A stretch of DNA of 63,961 nt, filler included, from Klebsormidium nitens (lineage: Eukaryota > Plantae > Klebsormidiophyceae), in the NCBI GenBank assembly GCA_000708835.1. It is 5 parts of 5 records of this genome, joined end to end, with 100 filler letters (N's around TTAATTAATTAA, not from the genome) between each part and the next. Parts side by side here need not be neighbours in the genome. Positions count along the whole stretch, not along the records: positions 30,732 to 53,100 come from DF237893.1; positions 53,201 to 57,773 come from DF238489.1; positions 57,874 to 63,961 come from DF238434.1; 2 more parts are not named here. One strand, 5' to 3'. The notes beneath the pieces were generated by a model. That model worked only from the letters and a program-made list of their open reading frames with translations, ran no database searches and had not been told where the DNA came from. Position 1 is the first letter of the stretch, and every line of letters begins with the position of its first letter. A program made the translations under genes and the position numbers. Shown here in pieces: positions 50,001-63,446 of this stretch.

Positions 50001-53000
50001 TGATGTATGCTTCAAATTGGTTTGAAAATAGACTTGGAAGGAACTTACGTGTATCCTGGTACGTGAAGCGAAGCATGCGCTCCGTGCAAAGTGTCCATCA
50101 CTTGCTCCGGTTTTCCGTCAGAAGTGTCGAGGTCGATTGAATCGAAGCGTGCGTCTTATCTGGTGTTACTCTGTATTCCTCCAGATTTCGCATGGGATCA
50201 GCATGTCAACAGAACTAGCTTCTTTCGTTCCGTTAGCCCTGCCCGGTTTAGGAACCTTGCAAACCAGCCTATCTGAGGGCGGTAGCACGGTTAGGTCGGC
50301 CATTTTTCGGCGATCCGGAACACGGCAATTCGATATCGAAAGTTCGATACCAATTTTCTACGGTCGCGCTACGGGCGATTTAACCGTAAATTCAATTTAA
50401 ATTCCGCAGTTCTCACTGTGCGCGGTGAAATATGGACGTTTTCACGGAGGGCACCTTTCATAAGTCAGCCGATACTTATCCAAAAAATGCATATGAGGGC
50501 TATAAAAATTGCTCATAACCAGACCGACCAGCCTAGCTGTTCGGATTTTGAGTTTGAAGTGTCCAGGTCGAAACACAAATTCCAAGGTTTTCAAAATTAA
50601 CTGAGATAAAAATGGTGCTTAGGGCACCCCCGGTTACTCACGATTTCTTGGGTACTTTTGAAATCTGAGGTATGGGAGAACTCGGGGCACCCCTTGGGGA
50701 CCCCCACAACATCTAAGATGGATCAAAATGGGTTTTGCCCGGTTATGAAATTGGTGCAATTGGGTACATGTTTAAATTGCCAGAGGCACAACTTTATGAC
50801 GGCGTTTCCGGTGACGTCGTCGATGGAATTTATTTGGGAGCGGTCAACATTGCAAGACTGATCGTAGCCTTCCAAAAGAGCCCAATTTCCGGACAAACGG
50901 CCAAGTAACGAGAAAGTTATTGGCAATTATATGCATGTATTTCTGGAAAAAGACGCTCTGGAATTGGACCATCAGGGCAGTCTTCGCAGCGCCCGGTAAT
51001 GACGTCAGCATGGGCCCGGTCCGGTGCGGGAAGTCACAAGTTCGATTTTCGTAGTACACATTTGAACTTTGTTTCACTACTTTTAGCCAAGAATTGCTCA
51101 AGTTATGGTGCTTCAAACTTCAACAACTGTTCTGAAAACAGATTCTAGCGGACCTAACCGTGCTACCGCCCTAGATCGACTCTGGGTCTACTTCTGACGT
51201 CCTGTTCAACCGTCTACTTTTTTGGGAAAATTTTGTACTTTGAAAAAGGCCGCCATTCTGACACGAAACAACGTCGAAGCACTACGAGGATCTGTACGTT
51301 TGCGTCTGCGTCTCTTTTTTTTTCCATCTTCACCTACTCTGATCGAGTATGTAATTCCCACTTCTCCTTCTTGCAGCGGTTGACTTCTTTCCCGGCCCCG
51401 AGCGAAGAGCCGACCTCATGCACGTCCCTTGCAAGTTCCACGAACTTTACAGTTGTTCGGAGGTCGTCCCAGGAAGCCTCGAGTTAGCGTTATCAGCAAT
51501 CAGCAGCAAAAATAGCTGGAGCTCACCGACGGATAGGGAGTAGACCTATAAGATGCATCCTGACTATACCACAATCGATGTTGCCAATTCCAAGAGTAGG
51601 TGGTGCGTTAAAACCAGGCCTGTAATTTCTTGAGAACATCTTGCTTTTGACTTGTGCGGGTCCAGGACCTACTTCTGCAAAGCCAATTGCGCAACTTTTA
51701 CCTGGTCCCTGTCGTTTTCAAGCGCGGTTTGCTTGAATCTACTCCGGGTCGAGGCCCATGCTCACGAACCGGGCGTAGCAAGAGTATGGTTTGCGCAAAC
51801 CGGACTCTGAAAAGGCGCAAGTCTGTGAAGCGGAACCGGTTCGCTGTCAAACCGGAGCTGGGTCCCGGTTGCAAAGTCGGGATCGGCTTTGAGGCAGGAA
51901 CCGGAGCCGAACCGGAGTCGTTCCGGTCCGTGGGTGCCAACCCGTGCTGTGAGTCAGCTTCGCACACGAATGCACAAGCGGTTCTTGTGTTTCGCATTCC
52001 GTGATCGAAACCGTCAGCCTGCATAGATCAGTAAATTGCATAAAGAATCCAGACCACATCCGCACTTTGAGTCTTTGACGGGTCAAGAACCGGCCCTGCG
52101 CGCTAGGAACAAAGAGGTGTTGCTGATTCCAGTAAATGCATGCCGGACATTTCTACCTTAGCTATGTTGGGCTTTGCATGGCATGCTTGCACGGCAGCAA
52201 CGTGCTTCAACGGAATCTGTGCAGATGGAATAGTTTCGAGGAACACGGAGAGCCGCCACAAGCTTGAAGCTAGCTAAAGCAAATGATCTGAGCTTCTTTT
52301 GAGACGTAGAAAGTCGGTGCATTTCCAGGCTAGGATTGTGCTTCGAAAGATTATTCGCTTCTGATTCTGCAACGGCTTTCGAACAGAGTCAGAACTGTGG
52401 TTTGGAACATGGCGGCTTCTAGCTGCAGCGTCCGCCCGCAACGGTTCGAGCCATCAGGGAAGGCTGCGGCCATCAGCTGCGCAATTGCGAGCCCCCTCAA
52501 AGCAAAAGGGCTGGGTGGACTGGGAGGGAGGCAAGCTCTGACGAGCTTCATGAAATTGGAGAAGACAATTGTGTGCAGGGTAAGATGGCATGTTTCCTGG
52601 TGATGCTAGAAGCACCTGTAGAGCTGGCTTTGGCATGGTGAATGCTCTTACAGCCACAATCTGAAACATGCTTTTATGCGGCACGTGGTTGTGCTTCGAT
52701 GCTCCTGACTCCAGCTTCACTCCACTATGAAGGATTGGTCCCCGTTTCTTCAGCTGATGTTTCGGTGTGGCGCTTAGCTCCGCCCGGACAGATGCGTTCG
52801 AAGATGGCTAGATCTCACCGCTGTATATGATTCGGATCGTTGCAATCTCTTGATTTCCTTGTCTTGAAATCCACCAAAAACTATGCCGTTGAATCCTTAC
52901 CCGGTCGTTCAGAAATGAAGAGCTGGTCCCTTCTCCTCGTTATAGGCCTTTATTGATTACAGACTTAGAGGTTAGATTCAAGCAATCTGGTAAAATCGAC

Positions 53001-53100
53001 CACTCCGATAGTATGTTGTTGTGACGTTTGGGCTATGGTTAAGTCTAACCACTCAAATCCACAGATCTAAACGACGCTCACCCATTCAATGGGTACGCGA

Positions 53101-53200
53101 NNNNNNNNNNNNNNNNNNNNNNNNNNNNNNNNNNNNNNNNNNNNTTAATTAATTAANNNNNNNNNNNNNNNNNNNNNNNNNNNNNNNNNNNNNNNNNNNN
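53101..53200. other. Artificial assembly spacer
   Basis: 44 N + TTAATTAATTAA (53145-53156) + 44 N. Confidence 0.95.
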
Positions 53201-54639
53201 GAAAGCCGCTTGTGAGGCGCTTCGTGTTCCTCTTAGGATGCATGGCTGCCATCAACGTGTGATGAGCATGAGTGCCGGGCAACTACGATAAGACCCGATG
53301 ACGAGTGAAACCACACAATTCTAGTCCCCTACAAGGTGAATCTCAACAGGCCGCCTGCACTGGGTCGTCGGGGACTGCTCGCGCATCCACGTCCATGTCG
53401 TCTGCACTTGTAACGCCATCTTCGTGCAGACCCGTCCTAGCTTGAGCGGAACGATGTCACTTGTCCTAGCTCCCTCTACTGCGTCCGAGTTGGAGTGTCG
53501 CGAGTCTCCGTCAGATTGGCCGCGGTCGCTGGTATTTGACCGGGGACTTTGAGCGGCGGGGTGTGGGACCGAGGCGGTTGCGCTACGGGCGGCGGAGGGT
53601 ACATATCTCTCCACGGGCGTTCCACGTAGTTGTGGCTGAGGAGTCTGTAAAGGACACAAACGGCTCGTGAGTGGACGATGAAAGTCATGCGCTGGGCGAT
53701 GGGCGCGCAATCATTACGATCGCTGCCAGGTTTCCGTGTTCAGCACGCCAGTTGCACTTGAGAATGCGGCTCCGTTTTTTCTGCCACTTCATCGCCCCTA
53801 GGCATTTCCTCGCAAGAAAAGAGAAGGGTCGGACCACAGCACGGCGTCCAGACTCAGCTCCCATTTCTGGCAGTGTCGGGAGCCAGCCTCGAGCTGTTCG
53901 GTCTCACCTCTAAGGCACGAGGGCTAGCCAGCTTCCCCAGAGCTGACGCTGCGGTCGCCGGCCCGTCGAAGTCCCCTGCGGCAGCTAGAAAGGAAGGGCC
54001 CGCGCTCTCGGGATGAGTGCAAGCTGAGATTTCGTCGCGTAGTCCGCCCCTGCAAATAGCAAAAGCTCAGATGCGACGCCATGATATCCCACGAATTGCT
54101 CAGGACCTGACCGTACAACTTGTAGCAAACCGCAGAGCTTGGTTGCAACGCCAAAGTAGCTGGCAAGATGGCCAAGGTATGTTAGACAGAGCGTTTTGCA
54201 GCGCCGTCTTTTCAAGTGATTGAGACCAAGAATTGTAAGAGAGAACCACAGCACGTGCAACAGAACGTTCCCCGCCTCTCGCTGCCGAAATGTCAGCGCA
54301 GGCTGTGCGCTAATGGCCTATTGTCTGCAGCCCTCTCTTGAGCCCCTCCGTGCCCTCTCGGTTTTCAACCACTCGACCACCTCTCAAGAAAGGGCCTTAT
54401 TGGTCCGCAGGGCCGGACTTCTTCTCGGCTCGAGAGCATCACCTCGACTGGAGTGCAGAACTCGAATTCAAGACAGATGCCGTCCCTCCAAATCGTAGGA
54501 TCTGAGACAAAGCTGAGAAGAAGCACGAAGAGAAAGCAGAACGGAAGGCGTCGGTCTCGAATCTCTTGGATCAGGCACAAACAACTGCACAATGATTGGA
54601 TGGGCTCTTGCAAAGCCACGAGCTCGAGGTTTTCCAATG

Positions 54640-56194
54640 AGAGAGAAATGAGATCGACAACGTGCCTCCGTTCTCCGCCTTCCGCCGCATGTCGTTCCTC
54701 GTCCACGTTGCGCTCCTTGCCCGCCGTTGGCGCACTGACTAGCCCACAGTTCGACGGTGCCACGCCCCACTCTTGGTCCAGCGCCTTGCTCGCTGCGCTC
54801 AGCGAGATGCGCCATGCCTCAAGGCGCTCCGCAAGCGCAGAGACAGCATCCTCGGTTTGGGGCAATCCTTCCGTCCCTGCCCCGCTGGCCCTCATGGCGC
54901 GCCTGAACTCACGAAATCGCCGCCCTAGCGCGGAGAAGCGTCTCCTGGGCCTGCAACGCTTGCACAAACGCAAGTCGGACGAGCTGTCCGCACAGAACAA
55001 CGCAAGCCTGGGAACCTGGAATTCGCTGGAGCTAAACCTAAAGCGCATTCTTTTCAAGTCGTCGCTTTCGACTGTCGCATTTCTCAACAGCTAGTGCAGT
55101 CTGCAACACGTGAAGAAGCAGAGGGATTTGTTTCTCAAGGTCCCAGCAGTATCTCTACTCTTTCAATTGCAGTGCTGCCGCCGCCCTTTGCGAGAATGTT
55201 TAGCCTGGATCACGTGGTCCTCCCTTTGTCGGCATATACAAACGACGTGTATATCACCTCTCCAGCACGGCATCCACGCCTGCTGCCGAAAGCAGCCGCG
55301 CCTGCAATGCGCTGACGTCCTTGCGCACCTCAAGGTCTGACAGCCAATAGCTCAAGACAAACAACAGGTCGTAGAGAAAGGCGAGCTCTCAGTACTCCGC
55401 AGGGGAATCAGGTCCAAAAAGCATGCTCTTTGGAAACAGTTCATCACAGAGTCGGGGGCTAGGTACTTGAGGCCCCACTGCATCGGCGATGCACTGGAGT
55501 AGTTGCTGCGTCTTTGAGCAGGCAGGTCTGCTTTACGTCGTTGTGACACTCGGAAGTGTCTTCTTAAGGGACAGGTGGACTTAGGGCAGCACTACAGAGA
55601 ATTTGTTGAGATTGCAACGACGAGGACTTTCGGCAAATACAATCAATGAGCTATGAACTTGAAGACAAGATCACCTCGTGAACTCGATGCAGGAGCTTTC
55701 TTATAAAAGGCTCCTATCTCCATGGTTGATCTACAGAACCGCGCCCGAGGCCAACACTGTCAGGGAATATTGCACTTCCGCTTGCTGCCAGAAACTGACC
55801 TGGAAGTCCGCCAACGCCTCGAGCCTTTTGCCCAGGGCCTTCCGTGCTAGTGCACGGGTGTGAAACGCCTCCACGCACGCTCCATCCAGGTCGATGGCCT
55901 CGCGAGCGTCCGCCTCGGCGTCCTCATAGCGGCCCAGCCTGACGCGACACTGAGCTCTACTACTCAGCACGGTGGCGCCGTCACCGTGGCGGACCTTGCG
56001 CTTGACAGACTCAGGCCGTATGAGCAATCTGCTTCATTAAATTGGCCTGCAGCGGCGAAAGCGTCCCCCTTCTTCCTCCACTCTTCAGCAACTGTAGTCC
56101 CATCCTGTTCCCTTGAAACCTGTCCCGTCATCTCTGGGCGCTCCATTGTGCGCTCCTCTCAAGATTCCGCCTGGCGGTCACTCTTTGCCACCAT
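54640..56194 (-). pseudogene. Disrupted TPR-repeat protein gene
   Basis: AEEWRKKGDAFAAAGQFNEADCSYGLSL and VLSSRAQCRVRLGRYEDAEADAREAIDLDGACVEAFHTRALARKALGKRLEALADFQ are three TPR-like units. In-frame TGA soon after ATG 56194 and a frameshift near 56000. Downstream exon-like pieces continue to ~54640. Confidence 0.6.
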
Positions 56195-57708
56195 TGCTCA
56201 TCCAACTATGGACGATCCCGAGAATCCTGGTCAGAACAAATGCAAACTGACAGCCTTCTTCCTACCAATCGCAACCGAGATACGGTAATCTCTACTTGAT
56301 AAAGCTGCAGACCTACCAGGTGCCTCGTGTGTCAAGCCACACTGCGATGGCAGACCTGGCGCCCTGAAACCCATGCTTCACACGAGTCTCCTAGCTTCTC
56401 TACACATTTGCATGCATGAGGCTGGAAATCCCTTGAGTTTCGCTTTTCATGAACACCACAAAATCTGATAGCAATCCAAACATTGTCACTTTAATATGGC
56501 CAATGTCACCGACTGGAGCGGGTTGGGTTGGTTTGTGGCTTTGGGTGGGTACGAATGCGGAGCCCGATCTTTGTTGGGTTAGGGCTTTTGGTTTTGCGAA
56601 TCTCCGGGCAGAAGCTTCAAGTAACATTGGCCTAATAAGTGACATCTATTCGACCGCTTAGCATCAAAATCTGCCAGGTATGAAAATAGGCGCCCGGGAG
56701 GCGTGTAGGCTCTTAGGGTTGGTCCATTGTTAGGGTGTGCATGGGCGCGTAGCGCGTCGTTAACCGGGTTAGGCTTTTCAGTTGGAAATCCCGGGTGCTT
56801 CGAAGTCCGCAAAATGGCGGGAGTTTTGCTGCAGCTGAACATTTAAGCCGTGCGATGAGAAGATCTTGACAGTGTAATGACCCGCGATATGATGAGCTTT
56901 AACCCGGCGCGCGGCCGCGGAAACCGTTTTGAAAAGCCTTTTCAAGTTTGCTGTGCGGGCTTGCTTAAAATGCTGCTGAAACCTCATGTCGATCCTGGGT
57001 TGTATTCATAAACCCGTCGAGATTTTTCGCCCAATACATGTTCTGGGCAGAAGTTTCATGGAGGGCTTTTTAATTCTTTACAGTTGAGTCATGCTGCAGA
57101 TTTTCGTTACCACAACGCAAAAAGGGCCTTTTCTCATACGATTCTTCTTGCTGCAAGGATCGGAGCTAGGGCAGTTGAAGAAGACTGGCCGCTAGCGCGA
57201 GCAGAATAGCAATGTGATCGATTCTATAGGTTAGATAACGGTATGTTGTCCTTCCAACCCGCACGTAATCTACATGTAGACTAACCTGCCGAATTTGTAT
57301 CTTTGAAACGCAATAGACTCGGACAATCTGCGGCGTTTTATCCGCATGCAAATCATCGTGCCAACTTTCAGGGTCTTGTATGTCTATATTCGACAAAAGA
57401 TCAATTTTCGGCAGGCACACAAATCAGTGTATCTAGCCTGCTTATTTGAATTCGTCCTTCAAAGACCATGTGGCCGCAGACATCGTGCGCAAGCGTGCAA
57501 CAAAGTGGCACATTACTCGGTGCAAATCAGCCTATGGTTCTCTCTTGTCAATGAAGGCATCGGTGGGGGCGGTCTGCTATATCACGGGTGCTTTGAGCCA
57601 AGTGACACTTGAAAGTCCTGTAAGGAAGATCAAGTGGCAGGGAACGCCTAAAAGGAAATTTTCCACCTTTGGTCCTCAGAAAGAGTGAAAGGGAAAGCAA
57701 AGTCTAAA

Positions 57709-57773
57709 ATGGCTGACGGGATGAAAGTCCACATAGACAAGCTTGGTGTAGACAACTACATCAATTGGAGTCG
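57709..57773 (+). mobile_element. Possible start of a Ty1/copia gag ORF, cut by the spacer
   Basis: MADGMKVHIDKLGVDNYINWS resembles the copia gag N-terminal K-L-x-x-x-N-Y-x-x-W motif. Only 21 codons visible; no LTR or PBS recognised. Confidence 0.35.
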
Positions 57774-57873
57774 NNNNNNNNNNNNNNNNNNNNNNNNNNN
57801 NNNNNNNNNNNNNNNNNTTAATTAATTAANNNNNNNNNNNNNNNNNNNNNNNNNNNNNNNNNNNNNNNNNNNN
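57774..57873. other. Artificial assembly spacer
   Basis: 44 N + TTAATTAATTAA (57818-57829) + 44 N. Confidence 0.95.
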
Positions 57874-58540
57874 AACCAGTCGTAATCGTTACAATGTCGG
57901 GCAAGCACAACATTCTTCATATTCTGACTCCCTCCTAATGTGAAGGAGAGGACAGAACCAATCACTGGAGTAGCAGATAGCTAAAGAGGACAGGATACGA
58001 ATGTCGATGTCTTCGGCAGTGTGTGGGGTGAAGAATCTGGCTCAGTTTTCTGGATCAGAACTTGGTCAAAAACGTCAGGTCAAGGAACTTGAGACCTAGT
58101 CATTCCTTTCGAAGCTCGAGCTTCCACGTTTTCGATGTTGTTTGAATCGCTTTTTCGAGCTTTGACAAACTTGAGATGTATCAAGTAGTTTTTCTGCGGA
58201 CAAAACATTGCAGGAAGGTTGGTCTTTGACAAAACGTCTTCAAATTAGGAACCAAAGTACTTTCTGGCTGGAAGAATCTTGTTGACCGTTTGAGTCCGTC
58301 TACGAAAGCGAAAATCAGGCCGTCCACTCGAGCTCTTTAAATGTCAGCGGGCAACGATCAGCGGCCTGCGTGCCACGGATCGTCCACGTCAGCAATCTCT
58401 CGCTTCTGATTTTGCCCAACACTGCCCTGCAAAATTCCGGAGTTCTTAAGTGGACGGGGTAAGTACTTCTGAGAGCTTGTGTGCTAGACTTGATGCTTCG
58501 TATCGAAATGAATCTCAAGCTGGAGGTATCTTTTCTTCAG

Positions 58541-61500
58541 GCGTGACGCCAGCGCCAACCACTGCTGCCCCGACCACGCCTGCCCCGACCACTCAAGCCC
58601 CGATAACTCCTGCCCCGACAACTGCCGCCCCGACTACCCTCCCCCCCGTTACGCTGCCCCCCGTCACTCTTCCCCCGACCACCCCGGCCCCTACGACCGC
58701 TGCCCCGACCACTCCCTCCCCGACAACTGCCGCCCCGAGTACCCTTCCCCCCGTTACGCTCCCTCCCGTAACACTTCCACCGACCACTCCGGCCCCTACA
58801 GGTGAGCTCACGTGGAATTTCAAAATAGACGTTTGCCCATTCATTCTTACTTTGTGTGTAGACGCCAATGCTCGTGTTGCTTGTCGGGCTCGGCCAGATG
58901 GTGGCTTTTGGTTCCGCTCAGGAATCTTAGCAACCAGTTTGTGGTTTCTGAATTAGTCGAAAGTATGGGTTTGGCTTCTCTATCAGAACTTATAGCAGTG
59001 CTAAGAACACTGCAGAGTTTGCAGTCCCAATCGGTTCCTACCTCTGACCAGGGTTTAACGGATCCGTCCGTCGCACAATGATTCCGTCTTAAGAATGTCT
59101 GGTGCTTCTAAACAGCGGAAGGTCTTGGTACGTACTCAGTGTTAAAGGGGGCGTCTGCGACGCGTACCCCTTCCGTCAGGCCCACGATGCCGACGGCACT
59201 GTTTTACCCCAGACTTGGTGCCGACGGCAGCTGCCGCCCGTATTTTTCGGGCATTTTCGTGGCGAACTTTACCCCCAAGAATACGCCATAGTGTCGCTGC
59301 GAAACCAAGGCCCCGACGCCCCTTTTAATACGCTTGATTGTCAAGGATATAAACTTGATGATTGGGCACATTCTAAGCTGGATCTTGCGAAAGCGGAACT
59401 GGTTCACAAATGATATTCAAACCCTAAATCAGGAGTTACCTGTCTTTGACTGTGCGACAAAAGTATATCGAGCATTTGTCAAACGGGAGCCTTTTGAGCA
59501 CATTCTGAACTCACCAGAGGATAATCGAGACTCCGGTTCCGGGGTTCAATCCATCGCAGGAAGGGGCCGGATCTATGAAGCAGACGTGTTCAAACCCTGC
59601 AGCCGGTTTCATTCTTGTTGAAAACGATCTTGTTAGCGCCGTGCGTTTACGAAGGGGATTCGGATTGTCCAAAGAGTGCCTTTGCCTAACCGAGAATTTT
59701 AGAAGAAAGTCCCGAGGAGCAACGATCAGCGGCCTGCCTTTTCACCCGACATTCGCATCAAGGTTCTTTCGTTCCTGCTCTGCTAAGACATCAAAGTTGA
59801 TAACTGGACTGGGTAAGTGCCTTCGAAAGGTTGTGTGCTGGACTCGGTTGTATTGTTGGAAGGAAACTAAAGCTGGACGTATCTTGTCTTCAGGCGTGAC
59901 GCCAGCGCCAACCACTTCTGCCCCGACAACCGCAGCCCCCGTAACCCTCCCCCCCGTAACCCTTCCCCCGACCACGCCTGCTCCGACCACTCCCAAACCC
60001 ACAACCCCTGCCCNNNNNNNNNNNNNNNNNNNNNNNNNNNNNNNNNNNNNNNNNNNNNNNNNNNNNNNNNNNNNNNNNNNNNNNNNNNNNNNNNNNNNNN
60101 NNNNNNNNNNNNNNNNNNNNNNNNNNNNNNNNNNNNNNNNNNNNNNNNNNNNNNNNNNNNNNNNNNNNNNNNNNNNNNNNNNNNNNNNNNNNNNNNNNNN
60201 NNNNNNNNNNNNNNNNNNNNNNNNNNNNNNNNNNNNNNNNNNNNNNNNNNNNNNNNNNNNNNNNNNNNNNNNNNNNNNNNNNNNNNNNNNNNNNNNNNNN
60301 NNNNNNNNNNNNNNNNNNNNNNNNNNNNNNNNNNNNNNNNNNNNNNNNNNNNNNNNNNNNNNNNNNNNNNNNNNNNNNNNNNNNNNNNNNNNNNNNNNNN
60401 NNNNNNNNNNNNNNNNNNNNNNNNNNNNNNNNNNNNNNNNNNNNNNNNNNNNNNNNNNNNNNNNNNNNNNNNNNNNNNNNNNNNNNNNNNNNNNNNNNNN
60501 NNNNNNNNNNNNNNNNNNNNNNNNNNNNNNNNNNNNNNNNNNNNNNNNNNNNNNNNNNNNNNNNNNNNNNNNNNNNNNNNNNNNNNNNNNNNNNNNNNNN
60601 NNNNNNNNNNNNNNNNNNNNNNNNNNNNNNNNNNNNNNNNNNNNNNNNNNNNNNNNNNNNNNNNNNNNNNNNNNNNNNNNNNNNNNNNNNNNNNNNNNNN
60701 NNNNNNNNNNNNNNNNNNNNNNNNNNNNNNNNNNNNNNNNNNNNNNNNNNNNNNNNNNNNNNNNNNNNNNNNNNNNNNNNNNNNNNNNNNNNNNNNNNNN
60801 NNCGCTTCCCCCCGTAACTCTTCCACCGACTACTCCGGCCCCGACAACTGCCGCCCCGACCACCCTTCCTCCCATTACGCTGCCCCCCGTGACCCTTCCG
60901 CCGATTACCCCGGCCCCTACGACCGCTGCCCCAACCCTCGCCCCTGTTACGCTCCCCCCTGTAACTCTTCCGCCAACCACCCCAGCCCCAACTACCGCTG
61001 CCCCGACCACCCCGGGCCCGACAACTGCTGCCCCGACCACCCTCCCCCCAGTTACTCTCCCCCCTGTAACTCTTCCGCCGACCACCCCGGCCCCTACAAC
61101 TGGCGCCCCGACTACTCCCTCCCCAACAACTGCCGCCCCGACTACCCTTCCCCCCGTTACGCTTCCCCCTGTTACTCTCCCGCCGACCACCCCGGCCCCG
61201 ACAACCGCAGCCCCGGTTACGCTGGCCCCCGTAACTCTTCCACCGATCACCCCTGCCCCGACCACTCAGGCTCCGATAACTCCTGCACCGACAACTGCCG
61301 CCCCGACTACCCTTCCCCCGGTTACGCTTCCCCCGGTAACTCTTCCACCGGTCACCCCGGGCCCTACGACCGCTGCCCCGACCACCCTGGCCCCAACAAC
61401 TGCTGCCCCGACCACTCCTGCGCCTACTGGTGAGTTGCTTCAAAAATGATGAAAGCTGTGAACGTTTCGTGTCTCGTGGAAAAAGCCCCCCTCCGCTTCA

Positions 61501-63446
61501 CAATTTGTTAGAAGTAGGATCAGAATCTTTCTGATAGTTGAGCTCGTTCAGATGCAAAGAGATGAAGCTGATCGCAGATCCGGTCGTTTCCTAAGAGTTC
61601 CGCTGATTTCCAAATCGCACACGATACAACTTCACTCTACGTTTTGGCAGCAGCTTCCGTTCGAGGTTATGGCACACGTTTCCGGCAAGGATTGCGGAGA
61701 AAGTGTGCAGAGACCGTAACAGATCGACATGCGAGCACAAAGGACGAAGTGTCTTATGGTCAAACGGCCGTTCAGATGCCATGATTTCCACGTCTAGCCT
61801 CCGTACGATTGACTCCTTGCTGAGAAACGGCCAACCGCTTTGCTTTCGACGCTTGATCAGTGCCTTTGACCGTAACAGTGTACTCAAAAGCAGACAATTG
61901 AGCGCCTTTTTTTTGTCTTCTGTCTAGTTGGCAACCCATCGCCGACCACCGCGGCCCCTGTAACTCCTTCTCCGACAACCGCGGCCCCGACCACTGTTGC
62001 CCCGGTCACCGCTGCGCCGGTTACTCCGTCTCCAACAACCCCGGCTCCAACTACTGCCCCGACTACTCAGTCTCCAACAACCCCGGCTCCAACCACTCAA
62101 GCCCCGGTCAATCCGGCCACTCCTGCACCGACTTCCCTTCCCCCTGTAACCGCTTCCCCGGTGACTCAGTCTCCAACCACTCCGGCCCCGACTACACTTT
62201 CCTCGGTAACCCCTTCCCCGACCACTTCAACTCCGACTACCCCAGCCCCGACCTCTCTTCCGGGGTCTCCGGCAACCGCTGCCCCGATTACGGCTTCTCC
62301 TGTAACCCTTTCCCCGACTACCCCAGGGCCAACCACCTCTTCCCCGGCGGTGAATCCGATCACCTCTGCGCCGACCACCCCAGCTCCGACAACTCCCCCA
62401 GGTAAGTCGAGGCGCTCTCAAGGAAAGCTTGTTTATGGGTTGAATTACAGGATCTTCTATCTATCCAGGTCCTGTGAAAGGTTTCGAGCTCTGGATTACG
62501 GTCGAGTCGAAGGTGCGGCAAAAAGGCTTCCGCCGCCGAGTCCGTCAGAAGCGTTCCGCTGACGTCAGCAGCGGATCTTGGCGAGCAGACACTTCGACGC
62601 AACATGATGCAAAGAGACTTGGACTAATCTCTCGCCCCACTGTCGTTTCATTCCAGTACGAAGAGATGATCTTTAGACTCGAGCTTATGAATGAGGACAG
62701 CAAAAATGTAATCATCCTAGTTTGTTCGCCAGAGCCGTCTGTTCACGGAGAATGTTCCTTCCGCTGCGAAAAGCGAGTCGGGCGGAAGGGGCAAACTTGG
62801 AAGTGCCCATTTACGCTTCCGCAAAATCTGAAGGCGGGAGCACATAACGAGGCAGATAATGAGCTAAAGGCTTGCGATTGGGCGATAGCTTGGGTACACA
62901 GAGGTTGAACTCTTTAGACCAACTTCAAAACTTAAGCCGCAAGAGGAGAACAAGATAAGGTGCAGACGGATTCCTGGCGTTGTCTTTCTTGCCGAGAATA
63001 TATCGAGCAGTCAGCACAGAGAGTGCTCAATCTTGTCTCGATCTTATCAGCAACTCAGCCTGCCAGTTTATTAAAAGAATCGCTTTCATCTGCAGGCTCC
63101 AGCCCGGTTCCAACGACGCCTACCCTCAACGTCCCTCCCCCGACCTCCCCTGCCCCGACCATTCCCGGCGCTCCGGCCCCGACCACTTTTCCGCCGACGT
63201 GCAACTGTCCGGGCGCCATTGGCAACATTCCGGCGGAAGAGTACTGCAACATCATCGACTTCTCCACTCTCCGCGGGCCGACCGAGTGTCCGTTCAAGAA
63301 CGACGGCTTCCAGCTGGACACGTGTTTCGTGACGCCGCAGGCGCCGCTGTTTTCAAGTGACGTGTACTGCTGCATCGACCAGCCGCCACGTGACCAGGCG
63401 TGCGGGGACGGGAGAGGCGCGTGCTGCGAGGACCACATCCGTGGAG
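58541..63446 (+). CDS. Internal exons of a mucin-like/HRGP-like Thr-Pro-rich extracellular glycoprotein with a Cys-rich domain (both ends unresolved)
   Basis: Phase-1/phase-1 exons 58541-58801, 59894-61429 (gap 60014-60802), 61928-62401 and 63096-63446. Pentapeptide blocks TTAAP/TTPAP/TTLPP/VTLPP. The last exon has CNCPG...YCNIIDF...ECPF...TCFV...YCCID...ACG...ACCE. Confidence 0.8.
59139..59331. mobile_element. Possible small MITE in the first visible intron of the mucin-like gene
   Basis: GTGTTAAAGGGGGCGTC (59139-59155) versus GACGCCCCTTTTAATAC (59315-59331): 17-bp inverted repeat with 2 mismatches. Two internal TGCCGACGGCA palindromes. No TSD seen. Confidence 0.3.

Noticed and set aside
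48200-51200. Stretch with many short palindromes, GACGTC boxes and ORF fragments, suggestive of a large non-autonomous transposon
   Set aside because: No terminal inverted repeats, TSD or transposase motif could be pinned down by eye.
51780-51950. Cluster of AACCGG motifs
   Set aside because: Reminiscent of hAT subterminal repeats, but no matching termini were found; insufficient support.
54365-55087. 240-aa ORF with a helical segment loosely resembling an HPt domain
   Set aside because: The phospho-accepting His motif is absent. More simply explained as downstream exon(s) of the disrupted TPR gene read through intron sequence.
59742-61443. Long minus-strand Gly/Val/Arg-rich ORFs over the Thr/Pro repeats
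   Set aside because: Reverse-complement shadows of the mucin-like exon, inflated by the N gap. Splice sites support the + strand.
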